DNA of 64,000 bases, taken from contig OZ024759.1 of assembly GCA_964016885.1 (NCBI GenBank), positions 22,258,001-22,322,000 on the forward strand. Reading direction: 5' to 3'. Shown here piece by piece: positions 63,002 through 64,000 of the stretch. The notes beneath the pieces are model-generated. The model had not been told where the DNA came from and did not search any database. It saw only the letters and a list, made by a program, of their open reading frames with translations. Source of the stretch: Eledone cirrhosa (lineage: Eukaryota). Within the stretch, counting starts at the first letter, position 1; each line of letters begins with the position of its first letter. The translations under genes and the position numbers were made by a program.

Positions 63002-63439
63002 GTAAGCAATTCAGTGCTTTTATTGCATTTGTTTTTTCTCCTACCTTGTAGTTAGTCCACACTGTAAAGTGGTTGTGTAGGTGCTATGACAAAAAGCACC
63101 AAGTCCACACTATATGATGCAGTCATGGTGATGTTTTGTACTTATCAAAAAAATGTCTTGCTAATGTAGTTTCCATGTGATACAGGATGTTAAGAATTAA
63201 CGATAAACACCACTGCAAATAATTACTATAGTGCTTATTTTATTTCTCTTCAAACCTAGCATGCCATTTCCACTGCTGCTGCTGCTACTACCTGCCTAAC
63301 TAACTCTCTCCTCCTCTGGCGCATCCCAACACACCCTGCCATTACCCCACCACCACTGTCCTTCTAGCCCTCAATTTTCCCACCGTTAGGGATGGATGAG
63401 CTGGGAATACACGAGCAACTCTGAATCAATAGATGAAAT

Positions 63440-64000
63440 ATGAATCTGCGAGCTACCAAGCACCCACGTGAAGCGCCAACCCAGAGACCCTCCCCTACGA
63501 GTGTCGACAAATGCCCAAAACTCCGAGTTGGTACCATCAATGTAGGCTCAATGAAAGGAAGAGCAGGAGAAATCGTAGAAATGCTAGAGCGAAAGGAAGT
63601 TGATGTATGCTGTGTGCAAGAGACTAGATGGAGAGGAGGGTCTGCTAGAGTCCTTGTAGGAAAAAGCCAGTGCTACAAATTTTTCTGGGTGGGAAATGAC
63701 GATGGGATGGGTGGTGTAGGTATACTATTAGCTGACAAGTGGGTAGATAAAGTAATCTCAGTGTACAGGGTAAATGCAAGAATCATTAAACTCAGACTAG
63801 TCCTGAATAAGACAATTACCACAATAATATCAGCTTACGCACCCCAATCGGGGCTGCCAGACGAACTTAAGGATAGGTTTTACGAGTCCCTAATACACAC
63901 TACTGCTCTAACAGACGACAAGGACTTCCTAATCATTGCAGGAGATTTTAACGGACACGTAGGTAAACACTGCGACGGCTTCAATAGAGTACATGGAGGC
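63440..64000 (+). mobile_element. RTE-clade LINE, 5' part of ORF (APE endonuclease), open to the window edge
   Basis: ATG at 63440, no stop to 64000: LRVGTINVGSM...DVCCVQETRW...GVGILL...ISAYAPQ...IIAGDFNGHVG. Confidence 0.92.

Overview
Repeat-rich, AT-rich eukaryotic DNA with large introns, (TA)n/(CA)n/(CAT)n microsatellites, tRNA-head SINEs, RTE-type LINE pieces and MITEs. The repeat landscape suggests an octopod cephalopod (inference). Almost all ORFs in the supplied track are microsatellite artefacts. Hand-splicing gives two + strand genes. (1) A complete 13-coding-exon gene (13461-30864, about 545-549 aa) for an uncharacterised membrane protein: N-terminal EGF-like module, seven predicted TM helices, a cytosolic RING-CH (C4HC3) finger and two more TM helices, i.e. 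a receptor-like 7TM domain fused to a MARCH-type ubiquitin ligase. (2) The first 20 coding exons (885 codons) of SNRNP200/Brr2 from 39007, running off the right edge, with an open RTE LINE ORF in the last visible intron. Non-coding DNA holds several type I hammerhead-ribozyme motifs and long palindromes, mostly in or beside (TA)n tracts, that look like Penelope-like pseudo-LTR remnants. All calls are manual, with no database searches or folding run.
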